Assembly: GCA_002633005.1 (NCBI GenBank)
Contig: NMRA01000395.1
Coordinates: 3,804-67,803 of the forward strand
DNA from: Phoronis australis
Taxonomy: Eukaryota > Animalia > Phoronida
Direction: 5' to 3'
DNA: 64,000 bases
A program made the translations under genes and the position numbers. Of this stretch, positions 39,701-51,457 are shown piece after piece. A model generated the notes under the pieces. That model did no database searches, was not told the DNA's origin, and worked only from the letters and a program-made list of their open reading frames with translations. Every line of letters begins with the position of its first letter. Position 1 is the stretch's first letter.

Positions 39701-42700
39701 CGTGACTGGCAATAAGAATTTAATGACAACGGTGGTAACGATGGCATATTTACATACGGTGTCCCACACATGTGTTAACATTTCAAAAGTGAAAAACTGT
39801 GTCGCTTATTGACTTACATGTAAGAACAAGTTGGCCCAGATGATGACCGTGCACAGACCTTACATAGTCCCTTAGCAAATAATGCCTCACACTAGCTAAT
39901 CCAATTCAGCCGTATTCGTATCAGTAGATTTTTGATACAGAACGACACCTTTGGCGGCCGTCGATGTCTTTAAAACTTCCCCACATAAACAAATATTTCG
40001 GCAACGTTTTTTCCCATAAATCTATCTATTCGTCAACGAAATCGTTGACAAATGCCATTTTGTCCTAATACGACAGTAGCGACTCTGGCGGATCGCATGG
40101 GAGAGTGAATTATCTCAGATCACGGTTTCGTTGACGTAGCGATGGGCAATGGGAAGAAACATTAATTTCGGGAGAAATTATTTTAACCTGGACAGATTTA
40201 AAGACTCAACAGCCTGCAAAGGTGCCCAGCTACAATAGAAAGGTGCACATGGTATAATAGACAGTGCCACCGCATCTACTTAGCAGTAGAGATGGTGATG
40301 CTAGTCCCACGGGGCCTTCAAACGCCAGAAGCTTTTCAGCGAATTATACCTCGCACTGATTAGACCATCAAAGTCACGTTGCTATAAGTACATGTACCTG
40401 TTGCGCATACAGGGACACCTTGGAAGGCCGTCGATGTCTCTAATTTCTTCAAAATCGAACAAATACTCCCGTAGTTATTCTTTTTTCGAGCAAATGTTCA
40501 AGTTTGAAAGAATTAAAGAAATCGACGACCTCCTTAGGTGTCCCTGTCTAGTACTAAGTAGAGACGGTACTGTGTAATGGTACATGTATTCTTACGTACT
40601 CTGATAGGTTAGTCAGGGTTTAGGGTAAATTGCAAAAAACTGCTTAAGACTGATTAGAAAATATATGCCACCGTCGAAATGGCACATTGCACTTCGCCGG
40701 CACTTTTTTAGTTTCCTGTAACAACGCGCAATAAATTTCCGTCCACAAAAACGTGCGTAAAAAGCACAGGCCGGCCTACATGTACGCGCCAACAGTCATA
40801 CGTGTAATAAAACATTGAACAGAATGCAGTATGCCTCCGTTTTAACAAGATGGTTTACATCCAACAAAACATGACGTCATTTTCAAAAAAGTGAAGAAGA
40901 CAAGATGTGGCCTTATTCTCTCTCTTCACAATTGCGGAATAAATGTTTAGTAAATTACTACTTAGCTCATCACAGTCTGAAAACATTTTTAGAATAATTT
41001 CAGTCACTAGCAGTTACGTGTATATTTTCAGAGACTTCGTTTTTGCTAAAGATAGATTTAATTATTTTTCAAATATAGAAGTGTAAGACCAAATTTCTNA
41101 TGTCTTTAAAACTTCCCCACATAAACAAATATTTCGGCAACGTTTTTTCCCATAAATCTATCTATTCGTCAACGAAATCGTTGACAAATGCCATTTTGTC
41201 CTAATACGACAGTAGCGACTCTGGCGGATCGCATGGGAGAGTGAATTATCTCAGATCACGGTTTCGTTGACGTAGCGATGGGCAATGGGAAGAAACATTA
41301 ATTTCGGGAGAAATTTTTTCAACCTGGACAGATTTAAAGACTCAACAGCCTGCAAAGGTGCCCAGCTACAATAGAAAGGTGCACATGGTATAATAGACAG
41401 TGCCACCGCATCTACTTAGCAGTAGAGATGGTGATGCTAGTCCCACAGGGCCTTCAAACGCCAGAAGCTTTTCAGCGAATTATGCCTCGCACTGATTAGA
41501 CCATCAAAGTCACGTTGCTATAAGTACATGTACCTGTTGCGCATAGAGGGACACCTTGGAAGGCCGTCGATGTCTCTAATTTCTTCAAAATCGAAAAAAT
41601 ACTCCCGTAGTTATTCTTTTTTCGAGCAAATGTTCAAGTTTGAAGGAATTAAAGAAATCGACGACCTCCTTAGGTGTCCCTGTCTAGTACTAAGTAGAGA
41701 CGGTGGTACTGTCTAATGGTACATGTATTCTTACGTACTCTGACAGGTTAGTCAGGGTTTAGGGTAAATTGCAAAAAAACTGCTTAAGACTGATTAGAAA
41801 ATATATGCCACCGTCGAAATGGCACATTGCACTTCGCCGGCACTTTTTTAGTTTCCTGTAACAACGCGCAACAAATTTCCGTCCACAAAAACGTGCGTAA
41901 AAAGCACAGGCCGGCCTACGCGCCAACAGTCATACGTGTAATAAAACATTGAACAGAATGCAGTATGCCTCCGTTTTAACAAGATGGTTTACATCCAACA
42001 AAACATGACATCATTTTCAAAAAAAGTGAAGAAGACAAGATGTGGCCTTATTCTCTCTCTTCACAATTGCGGAATAAATGTTTAGCCAATTACTGCTTAG
42101 CTCATCACAGTCTGAAAGATTTTTAGAATAATTTCAGTCACTAGCAGTTACGTGTATATTTTAAGAGACTTCGTTTTTGCTAAAGATAGATTTAATTATT
42201 TTTCAAATATAGAAGTGTAAGACCAAATTTCTGACTTTAGTCACTTTTCATGAAACGGAAACACCATGCGCGCACCCGGGGGGGGCGGGGGGCTCGGGGG
42301 CTCGAACGAGCCCCCCATTTGGCGAAGTGAACAAAAAGATTTGCCTCAGAGAAACAAAAAGTCCAAGAAAACGAGACAAAATGTCCACTAAAAAGGCGCA
42401 AACGCACAATTCGCAGCTCTGGACGTTGTACCCCGTTTTTTATTCGTTCGGCTTTTTTGTCGGTAAAAGGTCCACATCATCGGAAATTCGAGACCCCATA
42501 TTAAAGGCTGGGTGCGCGCGTGCACACTGAATATTTTATATTGAACATCATGGAAACGATGGTTTGTGCGAGATGGATTAATTGCGAAAGTTTAAATATC
42601 TTGAGTGACATTGATATCCACAATTAACTTCGAGGAACCAATATCCTTAAAGAATTCAAGTGCCAGGCGGCACTTTGTATTCCGTTACCATTAAGCATTT

Positions 42701-45420
42701 AAAAATGTAAAGTTTAACGGACAGACAATTAAAACGGCAGCAGAATAACTTTTTGAATAAGGCCACTTACCGTTATTCTTTAGTCAAAGTAGGTGTGATT
42801 TCAGGGCAGGTAAGGAAGTGATATTTCGCTGTTTCGTATTGTTGACAAAACACAGGATTTGTGCAGCTTTAACATATTTGTAAAACTGTAGATTTGGAAA
42901 AGAAGGCGCCCAATTACTTTTCGCTCGTTTTGTGTGGTGTCATTTTGATGTTTTGGATCCAGTCAAATGAAATTATTATGTCGAAATTAAAACAATTATA
43001 ATAATTAGGTCACATTTTCGTAGCACTTAGTAATCACTTCGGCACATGGACCTGGCCAATCTAATACAATCGGTGGTTGACGGAATACATCGATTATTAT
43101 TCAAACCAAATTAAAAAAGCAAATGCTAATTTGCCTTCGTGGCTACGTGAACATGAAAAAAATCCAAGACCTTCAACATTTTTAAATATATTATGCGACT
43201 GGATTACTGTTACTGTTTGAGGATCCAAATCGTGTCATGGTTGTGGCAGATACGTCGCCACCAAACATCCGAATAGGATAACTTGAGGTCGACTGTAAAG
43301 AAGACCCTACCTGTGGCAGCGACATATCTTGAAAATAATTGTCCAGTTCTACTTAGTTCGTTAATTATATCAACTATTTTCAACCACTCACTACTAACCG
43401 CGAGTTGTAGACGTTGGATTTCTTTCTCCAGTTGTTTTTGTTTCGAGTGGGATTGTTTTAACTCTTCACTCAACTGCTCGTTCTCCGACTCCAGCTTGCT
43501 GCATTTTTCTTCAAGATTTTCAATATCGCTGTGTAAGCGTACGGAAACCTGCAAAAAGAACGCTAATACTTGTCTATGTTGTCAACAAAGTAGCGTATTT
43601 TTAATCACACTCTGATTTATTGCAATACAGGGGTTATTTTACCAGTTCGCCAAGCAAATTATTACATATCGAAACATGTTGGACGAGGATTTTTTTATTT
43701 TGTTTAACCTCAGCGCCCTCGTTTACTTGTGGGGAAGGGTGCCTCTGCCTTCTGAGAGAAGAGTTTTTATGGTTGACGGAAAACAATTCCGGCCACCCCC
43801 GATTTCATCTGCCGGTCACCAACCGTCTTCGGCAACACCTCAAGTAGCCAAATTAACGTTTTGCAGAAGTGTTTTTAACTTTGGGAGGGGAGGGATGGAT
43901 TTTGCGCCTGCTGTTGGGAAATTGGCGTGATTTTAAATACCTTTCATATTCAGCCTCAAATGCCAGGAAACGAGGGCATTGCCGTCATATGTTGAAAAGT
44001 GGCAACCGATGTTTACTGAGGTAGATAACCACGTGAACATTAGCTGTCCAACTTCTAGAATTCATTTTGACTTAAAAAAAAAACTTCTGTGCTTCTACAG
44101 TCTCTATTAAAACGTGCTAAACAAGTAACCAGTTACAGAGATTGCTCTGTACAACTTTATGCTCTCAGTGTCGTGGCTATAGATAGCTTCTGCATGTCAA
44201 TCAACCTAACCAGGTAGTGGGAACATTTGAAACCAACGGCAGTCCTACATCATCGTATCACGGACATTGGTCTTTACCGAAAAGCGCTTCAATTCATCGT
44301 TTGATTTTGTTGATTTTCCACCCTTACTACAAATTTTAGCTCAAAATGTCGGTAACTTAAATCGCGCAGTTTGACCTTCACAAAAGCATGGAATCAAACG
44401 TCGCGAATACCTCGCTGCATTTGACTGGATATCGATCACGATACAGGAAAATCCCGGATACAGATGCCAAAACTCGACCATGACTAGAGGAAGGTCATAA
44501 TGGCAAGGGGGAAATGGAGTGGCACTCCGCAATACTAAACACACAGACCAGAAGGGGTCATAGAGACTTGCCTCTTTTGACATCTGTAGTTCCTGTTCTA
44601 GCTCCCTAACGTGATTTCGATCCTCCCCCTCTTGGTAACTTTCATGGATTTGGCGGGCGTGTTCCTCTGACTGTTGTTTTTCAAGTTCTAGCTGTTCGAT
44701 TTTTCTGTCAGCTTTCTTCAACTTAAATTGAGATATTCTATAATTTTTTGCCATTACTTCCAGTTCTTTTTGTAAATCCCTAATGCCTTGTTCACCCTCA
44801 TCTTTGAATTGATCCTGCATTTCATCCATTTCAACTTGCAAAGTGCGCAATTCAGACTTCAAATAAGCATTCTCTCGTTTCAGTTCCTCTGCCATAGATT
44901 CCATTTCATCTGACTGTCCAGTCAACGTTGGTTGGTTAGATTCCAAACTCTGTACTTTGTCCCTAAGATCTTTGTTTTCAGTTTCCAGATCAAGTATCCG
45001 ACTTTTTAAATCGCCATTAGCCTCTGGTTTAGCAGTCTGGGCGGAATGGTGGCGAGCAGACAACTGCCTTGAATTGGCATCTTGTAGTGCAGAATTGAAT
45101 GGACGATTTACATACGGTTTTGAACTTCTTTGAAGAGCTCCAGTTGTGGTGGATTGTTCACGGTTAGGTACACGATCTGTTCCAATGGTAACCGGCTTAG
45201 ATGTAGGTGGCTCCCCAGGATCGACGCGCTTCGTAAACAGCTTCGATCGTTCAAATGTCGTTTTCGGAATGGCGCTAGTTTGTGATTCGCTGGACGATGC
45301 TTGCCGCACATTGGCCGCCCTGAGCTGTGACTGTCCAAACGGCGGCGTTTTGGATTCGGTGCAGATCTTCTGTTCACTAGCTTCCAAGAACTTTCCCTTA
45401 AGCTGTTGTATACGTGACAT
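21725..45420 (-). CDS. MTCL1: SOGA/MTCL1-family microtubule cross-linking coiled-coil protein, 16 coding exons, ~1841 aa
   Basis: Signature segments resemble vertebrate MTCL1/SOGA: LQVEMDEMQDQF...LQKELEVMAKNYRISQFKLKKADRK, LEQELQMSKE|VSVRLH and EQLKFSEEEAKIIRRKLADLESEN. Exon lengths sum to 5526 nt with consistent phases. The symbol indicates the family; one-to-one orthology is untested. Confidence 0.88.
22273..23149 (-). CDS. SOGA/MTCL1-like coding exon 15 (Ser/Pro/Lys-rich disordered tail)
   Basis: ttgcag acceptor, phase 2; TTG|GTAAGT donor. Read-through gives a stop at 22246. Confidence 0.85.
23370..23434 (-). CDS. SOGA/MTCL1-like coding exon 14 (ITSQIKKLVSDLETRRQQEKT)
   Basis: attatag acceptor; TT|GTGAGT donor. 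Supplies the phase 0->2 switch required by the next exon. Confidence 0.78.
24348..24410 (-). CDS. SOGA/MTCL1-like coding exon 13 (LKLIKDAEEEKKKPLENNHCE)
   Basis: gttttag acceptor; GAG|GTACCT donor; 63 nt. Confidence 0.62.
25194..25373 (-). CDS. SOGA/MTCL1-like coding exon 12
   Basis: ttttccag acceptor; AAG|GTACTC donor; 180 nt. Confidence 0.8.
25963..26226 (-). CDS. SOGA/MTCL1-like coding exon 11
   Basis: ctttacag acceptor; GAG|GTGAGT donor; 264 nt. Confidence 0.86.
26758..26879 (+). pseudogene. THAP zinc-finger N-half remnant
   Basis: RCIVPA*PNYEAAKKEGTSFFPLNREPEMLRKWLAVVKNE matches C.VPgC.n..g.sff..p...kW; the second Cys codon is TGA. Ends at AG|GTACGC. Confidence 0.65.
27691..27803. repeat. 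Two-copy ~60-bp GC-rich tandem repeat inside the Kolobok-like element
   Basis: cagtcccg..ccgcgacgggcctgatcgtgttccga.ccactg.ccgggata at 27691 and 27751. Confidence 0.85.
28496..28663 (-). CDS. SOGA/MTCL1-like coding exon 10
   Basis: gatacag acceptor; AAG|GTGAGG donor; 168 nt. Confidence 0.82.
29087..29320. mobile_element. MITE family A copy (TIR CATGCGCGCACCCAG)
   Basis: catgtgcgcacccag...ctgggtgcgcgcatg. Confidence 0.8.
29928..30185 (-). CDS. SOGA/MTCL1-like coding exon 9
   Basis: gaacag acceptor; GAG|GTTTGT donor; 258 nt. Confidence 0.82.
31363..32412 (-). CDS. SOGA/MTCL1-like coding exon 8 (350-aa coiled coil)
   Basis: tttag acceptor; AAG|GTGCGT donor; heptad-rich. Confidence 0.9.
33055..33565. 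mobile_element. Decayed TTAA-type MITE, inverted relative to 35245-35785
   Basis: caagacatagacgtagca..tt..atatgga..atgtg.ccttt.acctcaagcg..ttcaagcaactg is the reverse complement of 35470-35545. The TIR-like ends are degenerate. Confidence 0.75.
33626..33733 (-). CDS. SOGA/MTCL1-like coding exon 7 (SESRRREQLRE...ATLER)
   Basis: ttttgtag acceptor; CGA|GTATGT donor; 108 nt. Confidence 0.78.
35245..35785. mobile_element. Kolobok-like MITE (541 bp), TTAA TSD
   Basis: TIR AGAGGCATGGAACGCGA / TCGCGTTCCAGGCCTCT; TTAA at 35241-35244 and 35786-35789. Confidence 0.85.
36507..36647 (-). CDS. SOGA/MTCL1-like coding exon 6 (DTFNKHLQ...SWDDE)
   Basis: cattctag acceptor; GAG|GTAACA donor; 141 nt. Confidence 0.7.
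37320..37630 (-). CDS. SOGA/MTCL1-like coding exon 5
   Basis: tttgttgcag acceptor; GAC|GTGAGT donor; phase 1/0. Confidence 0.88.
37848..38715 (-). CDS. SOGA/MTCL1-like coding exon 4 (SOGA coiled-coil repeats)
   Basis: ccatttcag acceptor; A|GTGAGT donor; phase 0/1. Confidence 0.9.
39554..39664 (-). CDS. SOGA/MTCL1-like coding exon 3 (LEDTRTASGSP...LELDS)
   Basis: ctgtag acceptor; TCT|GTAAGT donor; 111 nt open, phase 0/0. Confidence 0.7.
39964..42232. repeat. Near-identical tandem duplication (39964-41098 / 41100-42232) joined at a single n
   Basis: Copies differ only by scattered SNPs and small indels; n at 41099. Confidence 0.95.
40410..40546. mobile_element. Short hairpin MITE with long imperfect TIRs (second copy at ~41546-41682; longer relative at ~39938-40232)
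   Basis: cagggacaccttggaaggccgtcgat... pairs with ...atcgacgacctccttaggtgtccctg. TA on the left flank. Confidence 0.7.
42265..42522. mobile_element. MITE family A copy
   Basis: catgcgcgcacccgg...ctgggtgcgcgcgtg. Confidence 0.8.
43399..43548 (-). CDS. SOGA/MTCL1-like coding exon 2 (VSVRLHSD...)
   Basis: ttttgcag acceptor; GCG|GTTAGT donor; 150 nt, phase 0/0. Confidence 0.88.
44572..45420 (-). CDS. SOGA/MTCL1-like coding exon 1 (ATG; exon probably starts at acceptor 45635)
   Basis: In-frame upstream TGA. Ends AAAGAG|GCAAGT (GC donor). 849 nt. Confidence 0.88.
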
Positions 45421-45859
45421 TCTTGTGTCTCGTTCCTGCGAAATCAGTTCTGCCTTAATTTGGAAAGAAATGTGACTGCCATTTCATTGTCTGAGTATGT
45501 CTAGTTCGTCATGATAATTTGAAAACGAATAGAGGAGCAGCTTGTCAGCAGGATGTGCACGCACGTGCACCAAGTGACCGGTTGAGCGGGAATGATGTCC
45601 AAGGACGGAATGGCGACTTCGCGAGGACGTCAACACTGAAACAAGACCAAAAATAAGTTACCACAGCGTTCTACTCAGATACTCGATTAGAATGTTTTGT
45701 CAGATATTTTGGATCACTAGGGCACGTTGCACATGTAATTATTTTATAAATGATGTAGACGATGTTTGCCTAATTTTTACAAATCGAAACGCTATACAGT
45801 ACCCGCGTGGTAAGGAATGCCATATGATGAAAGAAGTCAGCAGCAAATGCGAAAACTGA

Positions 45860-48207
45860 ATGTCAACACGTTCCACGCAAATTTCTTTTTCCCACGCCAT
45901 TTAATCAAAAGTTCGTCAACCGAAAAGTTAATGTCGTGATTTGAGACAAATGACGTCAAGGGTGAACCAACCAAATTAAGTCATTTTAATCGCATCAAGT
46001 GACCTAATTTTACTTGTTTCATCCATATTCGGGATTGAGGTTAAGCATTGTTATAAGGCGAAGCAGAAACATAAAATCGGTTTGCTTAAACTGTCCTTAA
46101 TATGTCCGGCTTATATTTTAATTTGGGACAGCATACTCTTGTGAATGTCACGTGAGCAAAACAGAGGACGCCACTTAGTGATGCCCCTGTAATTCGTAGA
46201 ACAGTGCAGGTAGAACGAAATCTCTTTGGAAACCGCTGCCCGACAACACGTCAATATTAGCAAAGCTGGCACACCTGGGTAACTCCCGTTTCTGCCGATT
46301 TGAGGACGCTAGATATCATCATTGGCATTGTTGATCTTTAAAATCGTTTTCGACATTAAATACATGAAACAAAAACTAGTGATTAACTAGTGGCAGTAGC
46401 TTTTTGGAAAACATTGCCGTGTTTTTTTTGTTAAATGTTTTGAACGCTGGAACATTCATCCGTGCACTGCTTGCACTTATACACCATAGCCTACGCACAC
46501 GCCATGTACGGTGGGTGGTAAACTTATTTATAGTTAGCAGTTGTGTAATGCGCAATCACGGTGCTGGTAAATGCGCAAACTCTATTTTATAATTCCCAGG
46601 TCGCCCGGTACTGAGACTGTTGATCTTAAAACGGTGAGTTATATCGACTTTCACGTGTGCGTACAGCTGATGCTTAAAAACCGGATGTCCCAACCTACAA
46701 CAACGCCATCTCGCGAATTATTTTCTCGACCTCCTCAATGGGTAACCTCTTATTTCTCTGCTGCACATGCTGAGTGTATATACTCCGGCGTTTCAAATCG
46801 TGCATTATGGACTGTAAATGATTTCGCAGTATCAAAAAAACGTTGTTTAATAACCGTGATCACGACAGCTGTCTTTACCATATTACCTGCAATGTAAGTG
46901 AACCCATCTCGATCGTTCAAAGACTATAGAGAGTCTTTTCAATGACAGCAATAAAATGCAACCAAGTTCAGCAACGGCCATTGAAATATCCTAATATTAA
47001 GCTACAGTCGTATTCAATGGCATAGTNATGTCAGCATGTTCCACGCAAATTTCTTTTTCCAACGCCATTTAATCAAAAGTTATTATACCGAAAAGTTAAT
47101 GTCATGATTTGAGACAAATGACGTCAAGAGTTAACCAACAAAACTTAGTCATTAAGCTAATCGAATCAAGTGACCTAATTTTACTTTTTTCATCCATATT
47201 CGGGATTGAGGTTAGGCATTGTTATAAGGCGAAGCAGAAACAGAAAATTGGTTTGCTTAAACTGTCCGGCTTATATTTTAATTTGGGACAACAAACTCTT
47301 GTGAAGGTCACGTGAGCAAAACAGAGAGGATGTCACTTGATGATGCCCGTGTAATTCGTAGAACAGTGCAGGTAGAACACTCGAAATCTCTTTGGAAACC
47401 GCGGCACAACACGTCAATATTAGCAAAGCCGGCACACCTGTGTAACTCCCGTTTCTGCCGAACTGGAAGACGCTAGATATCATCATTGACATTCTTGATC
47501 TTTAAATTCGTTGTCGACATTAAATAGATGAGAAAAAAAAAACTAGTGATTAACTAGTGGCAGTAGCTTTTTGGAAAACATTGTCGTGTTTTTTTTGTTA
47601 AATATTTTGAACGCTGGAGCATTCGTCCATGCACTGCATGCACTTACATGTACAGTTGTATACACCATAGCCTACGCACACGCCATGTACGGTGGGTGGT
47701 AAACTTATTTATAGTTAGCAGTTGTGTAATGCGCAATCACGGTGCTGGTAAATGCGCAAACTCTATTTTATAATTTCCAGGTCGGCCGGTACTGAGACTG
47801 TTGATCTTAAAACGGTGAGTTATATCGACTTTCACGTGTGCGTACAGCTGATGCTTAAAAACCGGACGTCCCAACCTACAACAACGCCATCTCGCGAATT
47901 ATTTTCTCGACCTCCTCAATGGGTAACCTCTTATTTCTCTGCTGCACATGCTGAGTGTATATACTCCGGCGTTTCAAATCGTGCATTATGGACTGTAAAT
48001 GATTTCGCAGTATCAAAAAAACGTTGTTTAATAACCGTGATCACGACAGCTGTCTTTACCATATTACCTGCAATGTAAGTGAACCCATCTCGATCGTTCA
48101 AAGACTATAGAGAGTCTTTTCAATGACAGCAATAAAATGCAACCAAGTTCAGCAACGGCCATTGAAATATCCTAATATTAAGCTACAGTCGTATTCAATG
48201 GCATAGT
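45860..48207. repeat. Tandem duplication (45860-47026 / 47028-48207) joined at a single n
   Basis: Left halves are noticeably diverged and right halves almost identical; n at 47027. Confidence 0.95.
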
Positions 48208-49534
48208 GTCATTTAGAAACGAGCTAGGTGACCAAATATTGTTCATTTCAAGGGACGGGACTACATTTACATACGGTATATCCCCTCTGACTTGTGATTG
48301 ATAAAATAAAATCAAAAGCCCAGAAACGAAGGCTAGACCTTCTAGCAAGAGCATATGTTTGATTACTCAAGAGAATACTGATCGTCTTGACTATTTTTTA
48401 ATTCGAATATTATGTTGATTGCGAAGTCACACTGCGCTCATACGGCGCTTGTATTGGTCTCTATTAAATGAGCAGCTGCGGACACAAGCCATGCTGTGAT
48501 TACGCTGCCGATTATACATTTGTCGTCGCTACAGCTGTACATGGAACCGTTCAGTTGTTGATAGAATTCGACAAACTGACGAAGTAAAGGGTCGTGACAA
48601 AATAGCGAAAAAACTGTGTTTTATGTATTCTCTGCAACTTGTTTCAGAATGAGAAAGTGGACAACAGCAGGTCAGTCAAATATATAACAAAGTGCAGGTG
48701 TGTAAACATAGTCACAAAGCTGACAGTATTTGTCTTTGCCCGAAGCTGACTGCGCCCTCATAAGGCGGCGGTCGAGGAACCAAACTCGCTGAAGGCGACC
48801 TACGTTATATACCGTCAGTAGGCACACAAAACCTCACTTTGCGTCACACCTTCGAATTTGTCATGTTTTATAATTTAATTTTTTCGTTACAAACGGGTCT
48901 CATAATTAAACAGATGTACTAGGGCCTTCATCGTGAAGCTTCCGGCTCGTATCGATTCCGAGCCTAATGTAATTTGTTATACCACTACCACTGTAAAAAC
49001 ACAATGCACTTGAACTGAATGGATGTTCACAAGCGCACCTTACAATATGTAACAATCTTTGGAACCACTGAAACTAATACTGTACCAGACATTTTTATGG
49101 ACCTCCGAAATGGAACATGCACATCCCTGTACATGAACATCTGTTACCACGGCAACATGCTCTCTAAATATTTACACAGACATACACGCTGTTGCGCAGA
49201 CTATCGCTCACATCTGCACAATCACTCTTCACACATATTCGAACCATCATTAGCTGTAGCGTACGTAGCAAGGTCGTCAATCAAATCCCACATTTTGATG
49301 ATCTCATGAACTGCGGGCTTGGCCTCATTCTACTGCTATAGGCACATCAATTGTTCTTTTATATACTGGAATTGCAAATGTACTGACAACGAGGTATTAG
49401 AGGCTAGGTTTTCTACACTAGGAACCGCCTATAAATGTTACCACACAATATACATGTACAGTGCTTCCTTTTTGATGATTGAAATTTAGTGGTGGCATGC
49501 GCAGAAGACACATAGATTAAGCAAGGCCTACTTG

Positions 49535-49776
49535 CATACGCGCACCCAGCCTAAAAATGGGGGACTCGAATTTTTGATAACGTGGACCTTTTCAGATTCA
49601 CGGGATACGTTCAGAGGTATGAAATGTGCATTCGCCAAATTTTGGTAGCTCCTGTCGTGTTAGCGGACTTGTGTCTTGTTTTCTTATTTATTTCGGAGTT
49701 TTTGGGTCTCTGAGGAAGACTTTTTTGCCCAATTCGATCATTCGAGCCCCCGAGCCCCCCGCTGGGTTCGCGCATG
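49535..49776. mobile_element. MITE family A copy (opposite orientation)
   Basis: catacgcgcacccag...ctgggttcgcgcatg. Confidence 0.8.
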
Positions 49777-50898
49777 ACATTTACATGTATGTGCACTATC
49801 AATTACATGTAATTGTCCGCTGATTTCAAAAATATTTCCTGCCTTTTGTATAAGAGATACAGAAAAAACTGGAAAAAAAACTCGGAGCAAAACAGACGCA
49901 GTCACTCGATTCAGTCTTAATACAATACTACAGTTGGCGTGCTTTCAGTTGGAGTGACAGGAACGGATAGTTGAATACAACTAAAACTGATTGCCTGTAC
50001 ATGCAGCTGAACATGCACAACAGTAGATCGGAGCGTAATGACCTGCTTGAAAGCCCAGTGGACACCGTAGCACTTACCTGGTTAAAACATACACGTATGA
50101 ACAGCTTAACCGGTATTCTTGATGTACTTGGTTTGTTGCGTTGATTATCGGAGATGCTAGCCTGAACGAAGAATGAATGTTTTAAATGAATTACTGGATC
50201 AATTATTCTGCGGCTATTGTTGGTTTTGCGCTTTATGCATCTATAAACGTTGTTCAAAAGAGTTACGAGGAAATGATGTTTAATGTATACGCTGGCTACA
50301 GGTGTATGTCTTGGGAAATCACCCCTCTTACAAAAGAAGCAGTGGTGGGATTTTGAGAACAGCTGATGGCTTACACTTAGCTCGTGCTATGCGACGCATT
50401 TGTCCAAATTGGGGGTTGGGGAGTCCAGTTTCGAAAACAAAATTATTGGTGACCGACACCGTAGCACAAAGAATTGAAAGTAAACAAGAAACGACTGCGC
50501 CCTCACTGACCGCGACACTGACAGTGGTTTTAAATGGGTATTGTACGGTGTATTTGTAAAAAGGGCAACTATATGGACATGTTTAATTTAACACAGACAG
50601 TAATAATGGACTCGTATACACTTGAAGTGACACCCCAATAGCCTATGCTTACCTAGAGGCTTTGGTACCTCAGTGGCCTGCAGAGATTCAAGCTGATTCC
50701 AAGAAAAAGATCGTAATGGTCAAGTGGACGCATGATGCTACCAAAGAAATTGAACTACTTTCACGCTCGTTTTCGCACGTGCATCCGCTACGGACGAACC
50801 AAATGATTGTTTAGTGTCTGGTCCGGTATTCAAATAATTATATAAATTGGTGCAGGTGCTCTTGACCAATCATTAGAGAGTAGAAAGACATAAGCAGG

Positions 50899-51457
50899 CT
50901 CACTGGATCCCTGCGTGTCCGCTAGGGGGAAGAGGACAAGTAGGTATCATTCAGCAGCACAGTTTTTGTGACTGGTTGATGTAACCTCGGCAGTCATTGG
51001 TTCCCTTTACAACAAAGAAAGAAAACGGACTGAACGATTTAGCTTTGTTAACATTTTCTTTTTACTGCAAATATCTCGTTTCTACAGTAATGTTTAATAG
51101 CCGCATGCTTGAAGCACATACGGGGGACTCAAATGTAGCCGATTTTACCGGTGTGATATACATGTACCTGCGGGAATACAAGACAGCAACGAAAACAAAA
51201 TCAACGACAGTAGAAAAATGCACAACGACATACAACTTTCCTATTCACTTCTCAACATATCCCAATTAACCGCCGATTTGTATAACACACCACAAACTAT
51301 AACCACATAGTTACACTTCCCCAATCATGCTAATTTGTTTATGTAAAACGCTACCTGTTGAGAATTCGACCAGCCAATCAGAAATGCCGTTGTAGACATT
51401 TTTCCCCGAAGAAAAGTTAAATGATACCCCCTAGCGGACACGCGGGGAACCATCGAG
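50899..51457. mobile_element. MITE family B, ~30-bp TIR, 9-bp TSD (Mutator-like size)
   Basis: ctcactggatccctgcgtgtccgctagggg...cccctagcggacacgcggggaaccatcgag; flanks ataagcagg/gtaagcagg. Confidence 0.82.

Noticed and set aside
40392-41716. Duplicated 61/62-aa ORFs
   Set aside because: Chance ORFs across a hairpin MITE inside the duplicated segment.
46571-48078. Duplicated 108-aa ORFs as a gene pair
   Set aside because: The identity results from the n-joined duplication. They have non-ATG starts, no domain, and lie antisense within a probable intron.
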